Shown here in pieces: positions 51,635 through 62,100 of a stretch of DNA of 62,216 nucleotides. How positions within the stretch are numbered: position 1 is the first letter of the stretch; each line of letters opens with the position of its first letter. Below the pieces are notes generated by a model. It saw only the letters and a program-made list of their open reading frames with translations. It was not told where the DNA came from and made no database searches. Position numbers and translations under genes: made by a program. Origin of the DNA: Pseudomonadota bacterium (lineage in GTDB: Bacteria; Pseudomonadota; Alphaproteobacteria; RF32; CAG-239); the NCBI GenBank assembly GCA_918234285.1, contig CAKJXZ020000058.1, positions 1 to 62,216 on the forward strand, read 5' to 3'.

Positions 51635-53080
51635 ATGACGCAAAAACCGGAAATTACGGACTCTAGCGGTGATAAGTATAAATACGGCTTTACTACCGAA
51701 ATTGAAGCCGATACCGCACCGTGCGGTTTAAATGAAGATATAATCCGTCTGATTTCCGCCAAAAAAAAAGAACCGGAATGGCTGTTGGAGCGCCGACTTA
51801 AGGCCTATCGTCATTGGTTGACGATGACAGAGCCTCACTGGGCAAAATTAAAATACGATGCCGTGGATTTTCAAGGTTTGAGCTATTATGCCGCGCCAAA
51901 GCAGAAAGAGCGTCCGCAGAGCCTTAAAGAAGTTGATGAAAAACTGCTCGAAACCTATAACAAACTCGGGATTCCGCTCAAAGAGCAGGAAGCTCTTGCC
52001 GGGGTGGTGGCGGTTGATGCGGTTTTTGACAGCGTTTCGGTGGCAACAACCTATCGGGCAAAGTTGGCGGAACAAGGCATTATTTTTTGTTCTATCTCCG
52101 AAGCAGTACAAAATCATCCCGATTTAGTGCAAAAATATTTGGGTTCGGTTGTGCCGTACACCGACAATTTCTATGCCTGTCTCAATTCCGCGGTGTTTAC
52201 CGACGGTTCGTTTGTATATATTCCCAAAGGCGTAAAGGCACCGATGGAGCTTTCCACTTATTTTCGCATTAACGCGCAAAACACCGGACAATTTGAGCGC
52301 ACGCTGATTGTGGCGGAAGATGACAGCTATGTTTCTTATTTGGAGGGTTGCACCGCGCCACAGCGTGACGAAAATCAGCTCCATGCAGCGATTGTGGAAA
52401 TTGTGGTAATGAATAATGCCGAAGTAAAGTATTCCACCGTCCAGAACTGGTATCCGGGAGATAAAGACGGTAAAGGCGGAGTATATAATTTTGTGACCAA
52501 ACGGGCAGCTTGCCGGGGAGTTAATTCTAAAATTTCGTGGACACAAGTGGAGACCGGTTCGGCCGTGACTTGGAAATATCCGTCGTGCATTTTACAGGGA
52601 GACAATTCGGTCGGCGAGTTTTATTCGGTGGCGATTACCAATAATCGCCAACAAGCCGATACCGGCACCAAAATGATTCATTTGGGCAAAAACACGCGTT
52701 CCAAAATCATTTCTAAAGGTATTTCCGCCGGATTTTCCAATCAAACTTACCGCGGGTTGGTGGATATTGCCGCCGGTGCCAAAAATGCGCGCAATTATTC
52801 GCAATGCGACAGCCTGCTTATCGGCTCGACCTGCGGTTCTCACACGGTGCCATACATCCGTAACCGCAACAAATCGGCAATTTTGGAACACGAGGCAACC
52901 ACTTCAAAAATCAGCGCGGAACAATTGTTTTATTGCCAGCAACGCGGCATAAAGGAAGAGGAAGCGGTCGGTCTCATTGTTAACGGATTCTGTAAAGAAG
53001 TTATGCAAAAACTGCCGATGGAATTTGCCATAGAAGCGGGAAAACTTATTAATATCAGCTTAGAAGGGAGTGTCGGATAA
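51635..53080 (+). CDS. sufB: Fe-S cluster assembly protein SufB
   Basis: [51 protein letters not shown]. Confidence 0.98.
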   Translation: MTQKPEITDSSGDKYKYGFTTEIEADTAPCGLNEDIIRLISAKKKEPEWLLERRLKAYRHWLTMTEPHWAKLKYDAVDFQGLSYYAAPKQKERPQSLKEVDEKLLETYNKLGIPLKEQEALAGVVAVDAVFDSVSVATTYRAKLAEQGIIFCSISEAVQNHPDLVQKYLGSVVPYTDNFYACLNSAVFTDGSFVYIPKGVKAPMELSTYFRINAQNTGQFERTLIVAEDDSYVSYLEGCTAPQRDENQLHAAIVEIVVMNNAEVKYSTVQNWYPGDKDGKGGVYNFVTKRAACRGVNSKISWTQVETGSAVTWKYPSCILQGDNSVGEFYSVAITNNRQQADTGTKMIHLGKNTRSKIISKGISAGFSNQTYRGLVDIAAGAKNARNYSQCDSLLIGSTCGSHTVPYIRNRNKSAILEHEATTSKISAEQLFYCQQRGIKEEEAVGLIVNGFCKEVMQKLPMEFAIEAGKLINISLEGSVG

Positions 53081-53397
53081 TGAAAAAAATCAACGAAGAA
53101 GAATTGTACAAACGTGCCTTGCGGGTTTGGGGAAAAGAGCCGCAAATGCTTCAGGTTATTGAAGAAATGAGCGAGCTGATTAAAGAGATTTTGAAAAACG
53201 TCAACCGCAAAAAAGATAATATTGATGAGATTATAGAAGAAGCGGCCGACGTGGAAATTATGCTCGGACAACTCAAATGTTGCTACGGAATTACCGATAA
53301 AATCCGCACGTATAAGGCTGAAAAGCTGAAAGTTATAGAACAACGACTCGATGATTGGGAACAAAAGGAAAAGAAAGATGGCAAAGAAGTTGCTTGA
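53080..53397 (+). CDS. MazG-like NTP pyrophosphohydrolase
   Basis: IEEMSEL...IIEEAADV (EExxE/EExxD) all-alpha motif. Confidence 0.75.
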   Translation: MKKINEEELYKRALRVWGKEPQMLQVIEEMSELIKEILKNVNRKKDNIDEIIEEAADVEIMLGQLKCCYGITDKIRTYKAEKLKVIEQRLDDWEQKEKKDGKEVA

Positions 53398-54142
53398 AAT
53401 AAAGAATTTGTATGCCGGAATCGCCGAAAGCGGCAAAGAAATCATCAAAAGTCTGAATTTGACGATTAATGCCGGTGAAACTCACGCGATTATGGGACCG
53501 AACGGCGCCGGAAAATCTACTCTTTCGTATGTTTTAACCGGCAAACCGGATTATATTGTTACCGGCGGCAGTATGCATTTTTGCGGGCATGATTTAACCG
53601 CACTTAAACCGGAAGAGCGCGCCGCACTCGGTATTTTTTTGAGTATGCAGGCACCGGTGGAAATTCCGGGAGTGACCACACAGGTTTTTTTGAAACACGC
53701 CGTTAATGCCGTGCGCAAATACAATAATTTGCCGGAATTGGATGCGGCTGAGTTTTTAAAACTGTTGCGCACAAAAGCCAAAGAGTTTGAAGTAAGTGCC
53801 GAAATGCTTAAGCGCGAAATCAATGTAGGTTTTTCCGGCGGCGAAAAAAAGCGCCTGGAAATTTTGCAACTCAGCTTGTTGCAGCCGAAATTAGCTATTT
53901 TGGACGAAGCGGATTCGGGTTTGGATATCGATGCGCTTAAAATCGTAGCAAACGGTGTTAATCAATGGCGCACTGCCGATAATGCTCTTTTGATTATCAC
54001 ACACCATCTCGATTTGTTGCGGCAGATTAAACCGGATTTTGTGCATATTTATACGGACGGCCGCATTGTCAAAACCGGTGATATGGCACTGGCGGAAGAG
54101 TTGGAAATAAACGGTTACAAAAACTATTTGAATGAGGCATAA
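53378..54142 (+). CDS. sufC: Fe-S assembly ATPase SufC
   Basis: GPNGAGKST, PVEIPGV, NVGFSGGEKKR, LDEADSGLDIDA. Confidence 0.97.
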   Translation: MAKKLLEIKNLYAGIAESGKEIIKSLNLTINAGETHAIMGPNGAGKSTLSYVLTGKPDYIVTGGSMHFCGHDLTALKPEERAALGIFLSMQAPVEIPGVTTQVFLKHAVNAVRKYNNLPELDAAEFLKLLRTKAKEFEVSAEMLKREINVGFSGGEKKRLEILQLSLLQPKLAILDEADSGLDIDALKIVANGVNQWRTADNALLIITHHLDLLRQIKPDFVHIYTDGRIVKTGDMALAEELEINGYKNYLNEA

Positions 54143-55392
54143 TGAGTTTACTTGAGCAAGACATAGAGTTGTTCGGTACGGATATTCCGTGGCTTGAAGG
54201 CTTGCGTGAAAAAGCGCGTACCGTATTCGCGCGAATCGGATTACCCACTGCCAAAACCGAAGCGTGGAAATATTCTTATTTTAAGGAAGATGCACTCAAT
54301 AAGCCGCAAATTGACGATACCCCTCATCAATGCGACGGCCATTGTCACGATGAAAGCAATCTGCCGTTTGCGACTGTTGAGATAAAATATTGCAACGGCA
54401 AACTGACGCATATTGCGCATGATTTACCGCGCGGTGTAATTATTCGCCCGCTGTATGAGGCAATAGAAGACGGCGAAATAAAACCGTATCTCAATAAATC
54501 TTTTGATATGGAAAAATTCCCGTTTGCCGCACTAAATACCGCTTTTTTGGATGAAGGATTGTTTGTTGTCATCACTGCCGGCACAATGCTAAACCAGCCG
54601 ATTTATTTGTACTATCATCAGCATGCCGGTATGAACAGATTTTGCAACATTCGTAATGTTATTGTTTGCGAAAAAGGGGCTAAAGCCACAATTATCGAGC
54701 ATTTTGACGGCGAAGATGATGCGCAATATTTCAATAATATCGTTAATGAAATTTATATCGGAGCCGGCGGAATTTTGCGGCATTATAAACGGCAGAGTGA
54801 GACACAAAAAGCGCACCATATCGCCTTAAACAGCGTACAAGTTAAAGCCGGAGGACAGTACAGCAGCTTTATTGTTCACGGCGAATGTACCTTGGCACGC
54901 AGCGAAAGCTATATACGCCTGTTGCAGGAAAATGCCGGTGCCGAAGTCAACGGCGCGTATCGTTTAACGCAAAACGGCGTGAGCGATATTACCACCAACA
55001 TCCGCCACCTGGCGCCGCACACCGCTTCCGAACAGCTGGTTAAGGGAGTACTGGACGGTACGGCCAAAGGTGTATTTCAGGGACAGATTCATATTGCGCC
55101 CGATGCCCAACAAACTATGGGCCACCAACTTCATCGTGCGCTGGTTTTAAGCGACGAGGCCGAGATTGATTGTAAACCGGAGCTGGAAATCTTTGCCGAT
55201 GATGTCAAGTGTTCGCACGGAGCAACCAGCGGTGATTTAGATACCGAGCAACTGTTTTATATGCAATCACGCGGCATACCTTTGAATGAAGCGCGACAAA
55301 TTTTGATTGAGGCTTATCTAAACGAGGTTTTTGCAAAAATCGAGGATTCAGCCGTTGCCGAATGGTTGCAGGACGGATTAAAGCATATTTAA
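54142..55392 (+). CDS. sufD: Fe-S assembly protein SufD
   Basis: EAWKY, GVFQGQI, KPELEIFADDVKCSHGAT, FYMQSRG. Confidence 0.95.
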   Translation: MSLLEQDIELFGTDIPWLEGLREKARTVFARIGLPTAKTEAWKYSYFKEDALNKPQIDDTPHQCDGHCHDESNLPFATVEIKYCNGKLTHIAHDLPRGVIIRPLYEAIEDGEIKPYLNKSFDMEKFPFAALNTAFLDEGLFVVITAGTMLNQPIYLYYHQHAGMNRFCNIRNVIVCEKGAKATIIEHFDGEDDAQYFNNIVNEIYIGAGGILRHYKRQSETQKAHHIALNSVQVKAGGQYSSFIVHGECTLARSESYIRLLQENAGAEVNGAYRLTQNGVSDITTNIRHLAPHTASEQLVKGVLDGTAKGVFQGQIHIAPDAQQTMGHQLHRALVLSDEAEIDCKPELEIFADDVKCSHGATSGDLDTEQLFYMQSRGIPLNEARQILIEAYLNEVFAKIEDSAVAEWLQDGLKHI

Positions 55393-55412
55393 AAAGAAAA
55401 AAGCTTGATACT

Positions 55413-55814
55413 TTAGATCAAGCTTTTTTCTTTATGGTATATAACAATCATATTAACCAGTTGGACGGCGCACCGTATGGCAAAAATGCCGTAAAGCACC
55501 AACCACAGAGTACTCGTGTACTCGTCAGTGTAGTACTGATGGTCAATCTCAGAGACATAACAGTCCACCCAGCCGTTCCACTTACCGTCAAACGTTACAT
55601 AAATAGCCGTACCGAGGGCGCAGATGCCATGAAACAACATCGTCGGCCACGAAACTTTATTACCGAAGGTAATGCAAATATCAATGATTGTCACTAACGC
55701 AACAATAACAACGACCAACATCGGTGCAAAATCTATTCCGATAATTGCCAACGCCAATGCTAACACTGAAACGACAGGCGCAAACACGCACAAATCTCTT
55801 AACTCTTTCTTCAT
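55413..55814 (-). CDS. Hypothetical membrane protein with SD-less start
   Basis: 133 aa, ~4 TM; TTGACA-17-TATACT promoter at 55846-55874 (minus). Confidence 0.6.
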   Translation of the reverse strand: MKKELRDLCVFAPVVSVLALALAIIGIDFAPMLVVVIVALVTIIDICITFGNKVSWPTMLFHGICALGTAIYVTFDGKWNGWVDCYVSEIDHQYYTDEYTSTLWLVLYGIFAIRCAVQLVNMIVIYHKEKSLI

Positions 55815-56027
55815 AATAACTATAATTTCTAAACTTTGTACTCGGAGTATAACAAAGTTTTAGACAAATGTCAATATTTTTTTCGCAATTTTTTACAGAG
55901 ATTTTCATCGGCGGTGATGAGATTTAAAATTATCAACCAAGCCGGCAATCAGCTTTTTTCGCCGTTTTCTTTCATTTTTTTGAGAATTTCGCTATACTAT
56001 ATATTTGTCGATTTATAAGTGCTTAAC

Positions 56028-56513
56028 TCATCCGGCATAAACGTACGTTCTGACACCCCAAACGACCACCGCCGCCAACAAACCGGCGCAAACATCGTCC
56101 ATCATTACCCCGACGGCGTTTTTCATTTGGGAATCGAACCATTTAACCGGCCCCATTTTCTTAATATCAAAAAAGCGAAAGGCGGCCAATCCGACGAGAT
56201 ACAGCCACCAATCGGTCGTATTTCCCTGCAAGGCATCGCCGACAAACAAAAATGCCAACAACTGCCCGACAACTTCGTCTACCACCACTTTACCCGGATC
56301 CTTTTCTTCTTTATCGCGAATCAACACATCAGTTGCATAAATACCGATAATCGCAATCGGAATCGCCGCAACGATAATTCCCGGTGTACCGAAGAAATAG
56401 CATAACAAAAAAGCCAGCGGCAAAGTGCCGATTGAACCGACTGTCCCCGGAGCTTTCGGTGACAATCCCAACCCGAAATAAGTGGCAATAATCAATGCAA
56501 GTTTTTCTGACAT
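56028..56513 (-). CDS. pgpA: Phosphatidylglycerophosphatase A
   Basis: PKAPGTVGS, DPGKVVVDEVVG, FRFFDIKK, GVMMDD. Confidence 0.95.
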   Translation of the reverse strand: MSEKLALIIATYFGLGLSPKAPGTVGSIGTLPLAFLLCYFFGTPGIIVAAIPIAIIGIYATDVLIRDKEEKDPGKVVVDEVVGQLLAFLFVGDALQGNTTDWWLYLVGLAAFRFFDIKKMGPVKWFDSQMKNAVGVMMDDVCAGLLAAVVVWGVRTYVYAG

Positions 56514-56644
56514 TTTTATATCCTTTCAGTATGAAATATTTATAACCGAGGTTGTATTTGCGCGCAACGATATTATATTTTTTTACACAAAGTTAAACTT
56601 TGCACGCTATACTTCCGCTACAACAGAATTAAGGAGAAAATAAA

Positions 56645-56830
56645 ATGGCTTTGAAGAGAATCGCATTATTTTTGGCACTGCTCGGCGGTATTAACTGGGG
56701 TTTGGTCGGTGCATTCAAATTTGATTTGGTGACGTTTGTATTCGGCTTTTTCCCGATTTTGGTGCCGGTTATACAAATCATTATCGGTATTGCCGCTTGC
56801 TACGCTTTGTTTACATATATGATAAAATAA
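56645..56830 (+). CDS. DUF378 family small membrane protein
   Basis: GGINWGLVGAFKFDLV; AAGGAG RBS. Confidence 0.85.
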   Translation: MALKRIALFLALLGGINWGLVGAFKFDLVTFVFGFFPILVPVIQIIIGIAACYALFTYMIK

Positions 56831-56860
56831 ACAGATATTCATAAGCTTTGACGCCGCGGA

Positions 56861-57358
56861 TTATCTTTCTGCGGCGTCTTTATTTTGCATACGCTCCAAA
56901 GCGCGATACAAGGCCGGACGCATAAACTTGCCGCGCCAAATACCGCGTTTATGTTCTTTGGCGCTTTGTTCTTCTTTATCGTATTTGTTACTGCGATAAG
57001 CTACGGCGTATCCGGCAAAAATCATCGTTTTATTCAGCGAAACACCATCGGCAAAGCACTCGCATATTTCACGGTTGTATTTATCCTTATCTTCCAGGCA
57101 ATCACACCGCACTTCGGCATTTTTTAATAAGTTTTCGAGATATTGCAACGAATCCAGTCCGCACGGATATTCCCGATTATCGGCATCGTAGCAGATCTGC
57201 ACAAACTCCGGTGCATCGATGCCGTCCAATCTGATACGTCTTTCGCCCTGTTCCAGCGAATCGCCGTCCACGGCTTTGTATTCCGGCGGTGCGGCAAAAA
57301 CATCCGCCGCCGCAAACAAAAGCCCGATAAACATACAAATTGCTTTAATCTTTTTCAT
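56861..57358 (-). CDS. Secreted thermonuclease (SNase-like)
   Basis: VDGDSL, IRLDGIDAPE, DKYNR, GYA, KRGIW. Confidence 0.92.
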   Translation of the reverse strand: MKKIKAICMFIGLLFAAADVFAAPPEYKAVDGDSLEQGERRIRLDGIDAPEFVQICYDADNREYPCGLDSLQYLENLLKNAEVRCDCLEDKDKYNREICECFADGVSLNKTMIFAGYAVAYRSNKYDKEEQSAKEHKRGIWRGKFMRPALYRALERMQNKDAAER

Positions 57359-57477
57359 ATTTATCATATTAACGCATAATTTTTTTTGTTCAATCATAAT
57401 TTTATTTACTTTTCGTTCATATTATCCTGTTATTGTAGCCTAAAGAACTATAAGCTTATTTTGATAAAGGTATCGCG

Positions 57478-58860
57478 ATGTTAAAACAAATAGGATTCCT
57501 CTCAATGTTCGGTCTGTTCGCGTTTGGCGCACGGGCAGTTTCGGCGCAAACTTATGTTGATCCGATGATGGATATGCAATATGCGCAGCCACAGCAATAC
57601 GCACAGCCGCAACCAAATATTCCACCACAATACGCACAGCCGCAAGCAAATGCTCCGCAACAGCAAAAGGCTCAACCAAAAGTAAAAATGCCGTCTTCAA
57701 TCATTGTTTGCCGTTCCAAACAATGTGCTCCGGCTAAGTTGTCGCAGTCAAAAGAGTATATTTTCAACACCCTTTTGCATATGTTTGACAGCAACGCCAG
57801 ACAGAAAGCTCTGGTTTGCGAAGGGAATGCCCAAACGCATGCTTGCACTGAAGAATATGTTTCCGTGCCGATTACGGTGGGTGTGACACCGGCATATATG
57901 TATATCGATACCGTAAAAATTACTGATGTTTCGATGAATCCGCAGAACACGATGGCGTTGAATCTGGTTTTGAACTGGAACGTTACTTATAACGGGCAAA
58001 CCCCTACTTGTCGTCCGAGTAAAACCTTGCTTCATGTCAAAAACGTAAACAATGTTCTGATTCAGGATAACGGCTACACTTGCCGTATGACCACCATCGG
58101 TACTACCACGATTCAAACCATGTTTGCCGTTGATTATATTGACATGGATTACGGCTATATTGGCGGATTTTATTCCATCGGCTTATCCGGTCCGGCTTTC
58201 GGCGGCGGCAACGGTTATATGATGTTGCGGTTACCGAATGACGTAACCATTGAAGCTAAAGATTTCTCGACGGATGCTCCGGTCGAAGACAATAATCCGT
58301 TTGCTCCGCAGGCGGTTGAGTCAGCTCCGGAGATAAGCATGCCGCAATTAACCGTTCCGGCTCCGCAACCGGTTGTTCCGACTCCGCAGCCTTCGGCAGC
58401 AATGGGACAATATATTTATAATGCGTATACCGGACAGTTTATTCCTCTGCCGACCATGCCATATACGACTCCGATGCCGACGACCCCAATGATGCCGGCT
58501 CAGATGATGCCGGCTCAGATGATGCCGAATCCGATGATGCCGGCAGCTATGGCTCCGGTAGCCGACCCGAATCACGTTCCGGCTCCTAATGTTAAATCGA
58601 CAATTAAGTATAATCATCCGGCCAAACAATATGATGAGGCGCAAGAATTGGCACGCATCAGAGCAGAAAAAGATGCCAAAACCAAGGAGCACATGCGTCA
58701 CGAGCTGGAAAGAAGAAAGAAAATGGAACAGGAAGCGGTTGATTTCGGCGGGGCCAAAGTGTTCCCGTTACCGGCCGGCAAGAAAGTTGACAAAACAGGC
58801 CCGACCGATCCGAACAGCCTGAGTGATTATGCACCGACGGAAAGTCGTCGCTTCGAATAG
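57478..58860 (+). CDS. Secreted hypothetical protein with Q/P/M-rich low-complexity tracts
   Basis: Signal peptide; QYAQPQ three times; MMPAQ tandem repeats; central Cys-containing globular domain. Confidence 0.7.
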   Translation: MLKQIGFLSMFGLFAFGARAVSAQTYVDPMMDMQYAQPQQYAQPQPNIPPQYAQPQANAPQQQKAQPKVKMPSSIIVCRSKQCAPAKLSQSKEYIFNTLLHMFDSNARQKALVCEGNAQTHACTEEYVSVPITVGVTPAYMYIDTVKITDVSMNPQNTMALNLVLNWNVTYNGQTPTCRPSKTLLHVKNVNNVLIQDNGYTCRMTTIGTTTIQTMFAVDYIDMDYGYIGGFYSIGLSGPAFGGGNGYMMLRLPNDVTIEAKDFSTDAPVEDNNPFAPQAVESAPEISMPQLTVPAPQPVVPTPQPSAAMGQYIYNAYTGQFIPLPTMPYTTPMPTTPMMPAQMMPAQMMPNPMMPAAMAPVADPNHVPAPNVKSTIKYNHPAKQYDEAQELARIRAEKDAKTKEHMRHELERRKKMEQEAVDFGGAKVFPLPAGKKVDKTGPTDPNSLSDYAPTESRRFE

Positions 58861-58881
58861 ATTCAGCTTAATATAAGCCAC

Positions 58882-58914
58882 AAAAAACGTCTGATTTATT
58901 TTAGACGTTTTTTT
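58882..58914 (+). terminator. Intrinsic terminator
   Basis: AAAAAACGTCT...AGACGTTTTTT. Confidence 0.8.
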
Positions 58915-58928
58915 GTATAAAATTTTGC

Positions 58929-58957
58929 TTGCAAATTAGTAAAAGTTATGTTAACAT
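58929..58957 (+). promoter_or_regulatory. sigma70-type promoter of the large lipoprotein gene
   Basis: TTGCAA-17 nt-TAACAT with TG extension. Confidence 0.55.
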
Positions 58958-59126
58958 CAATTTTGCAAAATTACCTATTGTGCCTATAATTAAGAGAAGA
59001 AGTACCAATTTTACTTCTTTTCGCAGGTGATTTTATGTGCATTGTACTTTCCTAGAACAACTATGTTGTTTTACGGTCTCTAGATATATAGCAAACAAAA
59101 ATCATACATTTCAAAAAAAACAAGTT

Positions 59127-62100
59127 ATGGAAACGAAGAATGGTTTAACAAGAGCATTCAAGTGGATGGTAGCGCTATTCGCTGCTGTCATGTGTTTCAC
59201 CGCCTGCGAGCAATTCAAGGGCGAAGTGACAACAAAGTCCGAGGACGAACCGGCAATACCGTCCGTCTCAGGATTCGCCTACGCAGTAACTTTGGAGCAT
59301 TCCATTGACACTGCCCAGAAGGTCAAGGTCAGTGACCAGATGACCGCAGGGTTGACGATATGGACAACCGAGGACGGCGCAAAAAAGGACAAGGTGTTCG
59401 AGAACAAGGAGTATCCCAAGATGGAAGCTTATTCCCGTCTGGCGCGTGAGAATTACAACATTACTCGTGCGCAGCTCGACATTCGTCCTACCTCTGAGAA
59501 CATTGCTCGCGATGAGGGCAAGGACAACGACGGTAACAAGCTTGAGTTGGACACCGTGTACCATTACTACGCAGATGCGCAGATAATGAGTATTCCGGTG
59601 AAGATTACAAGCAAGACCGTAGAGTACGAAAATGAGGTGTACAACTATCCCTCTGTGACGTTGGTAAAAGCCGAGTTCGTTCACCTCAAGAACAAAGAGA
59701 TTAGTGCCAAGGCTCGTACCCGTGCAACTTATGTGTCCGGGGTTTATGACACCGAGTACAAGGTAAATCTCTACTTGAAGGAAACGGGCATTAAGGACAA
59801 CCCCAAGAGTTTTGTGTTGCCCATTTATGCATTTACCCAACGCAGCGTGCTTGACGAAGATGCCATTGAGAAAGTGGTGGCCGAGAACAAAACCCGCGAG
59901 CTGCTCGACAGCTTAAGGGAGAGATGCTCGTTTGAGAGAGTCACAACTTGGAAATCGGGTGAAACGACTCGGGAGAAGATTGAAATCATCCTTCAGCACA
60001 AAGTGGACAAGATTGCCCCCTACAAGAAGGACGTAAAGAATTTCAATTATCAGCTGGCACAAGTGAACGGCATCCAGCCGGGTAGCGAAGCAGAAAACCG
60101 CACCGAGGGCAACTGGAAGGTATGGCGCAAAACCGACACCTATTCAGCTGACCACGCAAACGGTGTTAATGCCGATAAGATCACTACCGATTATTCTCTT
60201 ATGCACGAACGTGCAACCTATAAAGATGATTATCTTGAGGTTGATTTCGACTATGAGGATTATCGCGTAGATGAACTTGCTACCAACGTAACGCCGATGA
60301 ATTCCGATCGCGAAGGTTACACCGAGGCTTTGTTCGATAACCGCATCAACACGACCTATATCGCTTACAGGCAGCAGGTCAATGAGCTGGTTTATCTGTA
60401 CAAGGCTGACAAGAAGGCTGAAGACTACAAGTTTGAGAATCCGAAAGTAACGGTCTACAACGACTCCGTAACCACTGATATTGATTTCATCATTATCTTT
60501 GATGACGGCACCAGGGAAAAGATTCATGATCACCTCAAAGCCGCACGTTCTCTGAGATGTCTCACCGACTGGGTTTCTAACCAGAAGATGGCTTCGCAGA
60601 TTACAAGCGATGAGGTAAGAGTTAATCTGCTCTCCGGCGACGAAGTCAAGAACGGCTACTGGAAGTACACCAAACAGACTCGTAAGCTTTCTTCCGACGC
60701 TACCCTGTACGACGGTTCGGTTATGCCAAACGAATGGGAAGCTATTGTTCCTAACGGATTTGTTTATTCCCGCGAGGGTAAGACTTATACGTTTGACAAT
60801 ATTGCATTCAACGTGAAGCAGATGGGCGGTTCGCTCACCGCAGCCGGCGAAAAGGACGGTTTCTCTTTGCATAAGTACGGCGACGCAATCGACGTGATTT
60901 ACGGAGATAATACTCAGCGCTCAGTTGCACCCGGATTGGTAAAAATCAGCAATAACACTGTTGAAGGTTACGAAATCCGCAACAAGCAGATGAGTATCAC
61001 TCCGGACAAGGTCGTGGTTTCTCTCGACTTTATCACGAAGTTCGTCAATGGTAACGAAAGTAAAGACCCCGTTGTAAGGGAGTTCCCGCGTAGCCTTGTT
61101 CTGAACACAAATTGGACCGCTAACGAGAATTCTGCTACCGAAAACACTGCTGCCCCGACCTTTACTCTGGCCTCGGCCAACAACAGGGAAGACGGCGAGT
61201 GGAAGTGGAAGGAGGAAACACGCAACATTACAGCTACGGTTACATTGGCTGCAAGCCTGCAGACTAACGGCTGGACAAGCGTGGATCCGAATAACATCGT
61301 ATTCACACGCCAGGGCATCACGGCAGATTTCGGCACGTTGACATTCACAACCAACAAGGTATCCAGCACCGCTACTCTGAAGGAAAGCAACGCTAAGACG
61401 GAAACCTACGACTACGCCAATATCATTAGCGTACGTTACGGTAACTCGACGGCAAGCGACCTCCAGAACAGCACAGCTCCGGGTAAGATTATCGTGCAGA
61501 AGGCAAGAACCATTACCGGACACGAGTTCCGCGATCCGTCACTCACCGTTGAAACTGACTATGTGCTTGTCAAAATCACTTATGTCACCAAATTCAGCGA
61601 TGATACAGAGGAGAAGGAAACTTCAAATCTGAAGGTGAATCGTATTCTCAACCCGTACACTTCTTGGACATCAAGTGAGACAAATGCAAACGAAACCACC
61701 GGTTCCGCCAGCGTAAACCTCACCAATTCCGAGAACAAGACGGACGGTTATTGGAGCTTTGTTGCCGAAACACGCGACATTCGAACCAAGGCTAAGCTGG
61801 CCGGCAGTGAGCAGACCAACGGTTGGACTTCAGTTGATCCTAACAACTTTGTATACACCCGCGATGGGCAGCAATACAAGTTTGATAAGATTAACTTCAA
61901 TGCCTATGAGGCAGGTCATTCCGTGAATCTCTCCAGCGAGACGGCAACAGTTGCAACCTATGCTTACAGCGATAAGATCAACGTAAGTTTCGGTAACAAC
62001 ACCAAGTCGTCAAGCGCACCGGGTACTATCACGGTCAAGAAGGAAGTTACCATCACCGGTTACGATATTACCGATCCGAAGATTACCGTTAATCAGAATG

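Noticed and set aside
59268-61523. Minus-strand ORFs of 140-242 aa
   Set aside because: Shadows of the long plus-strand lipoprotein ORF starting at 59127
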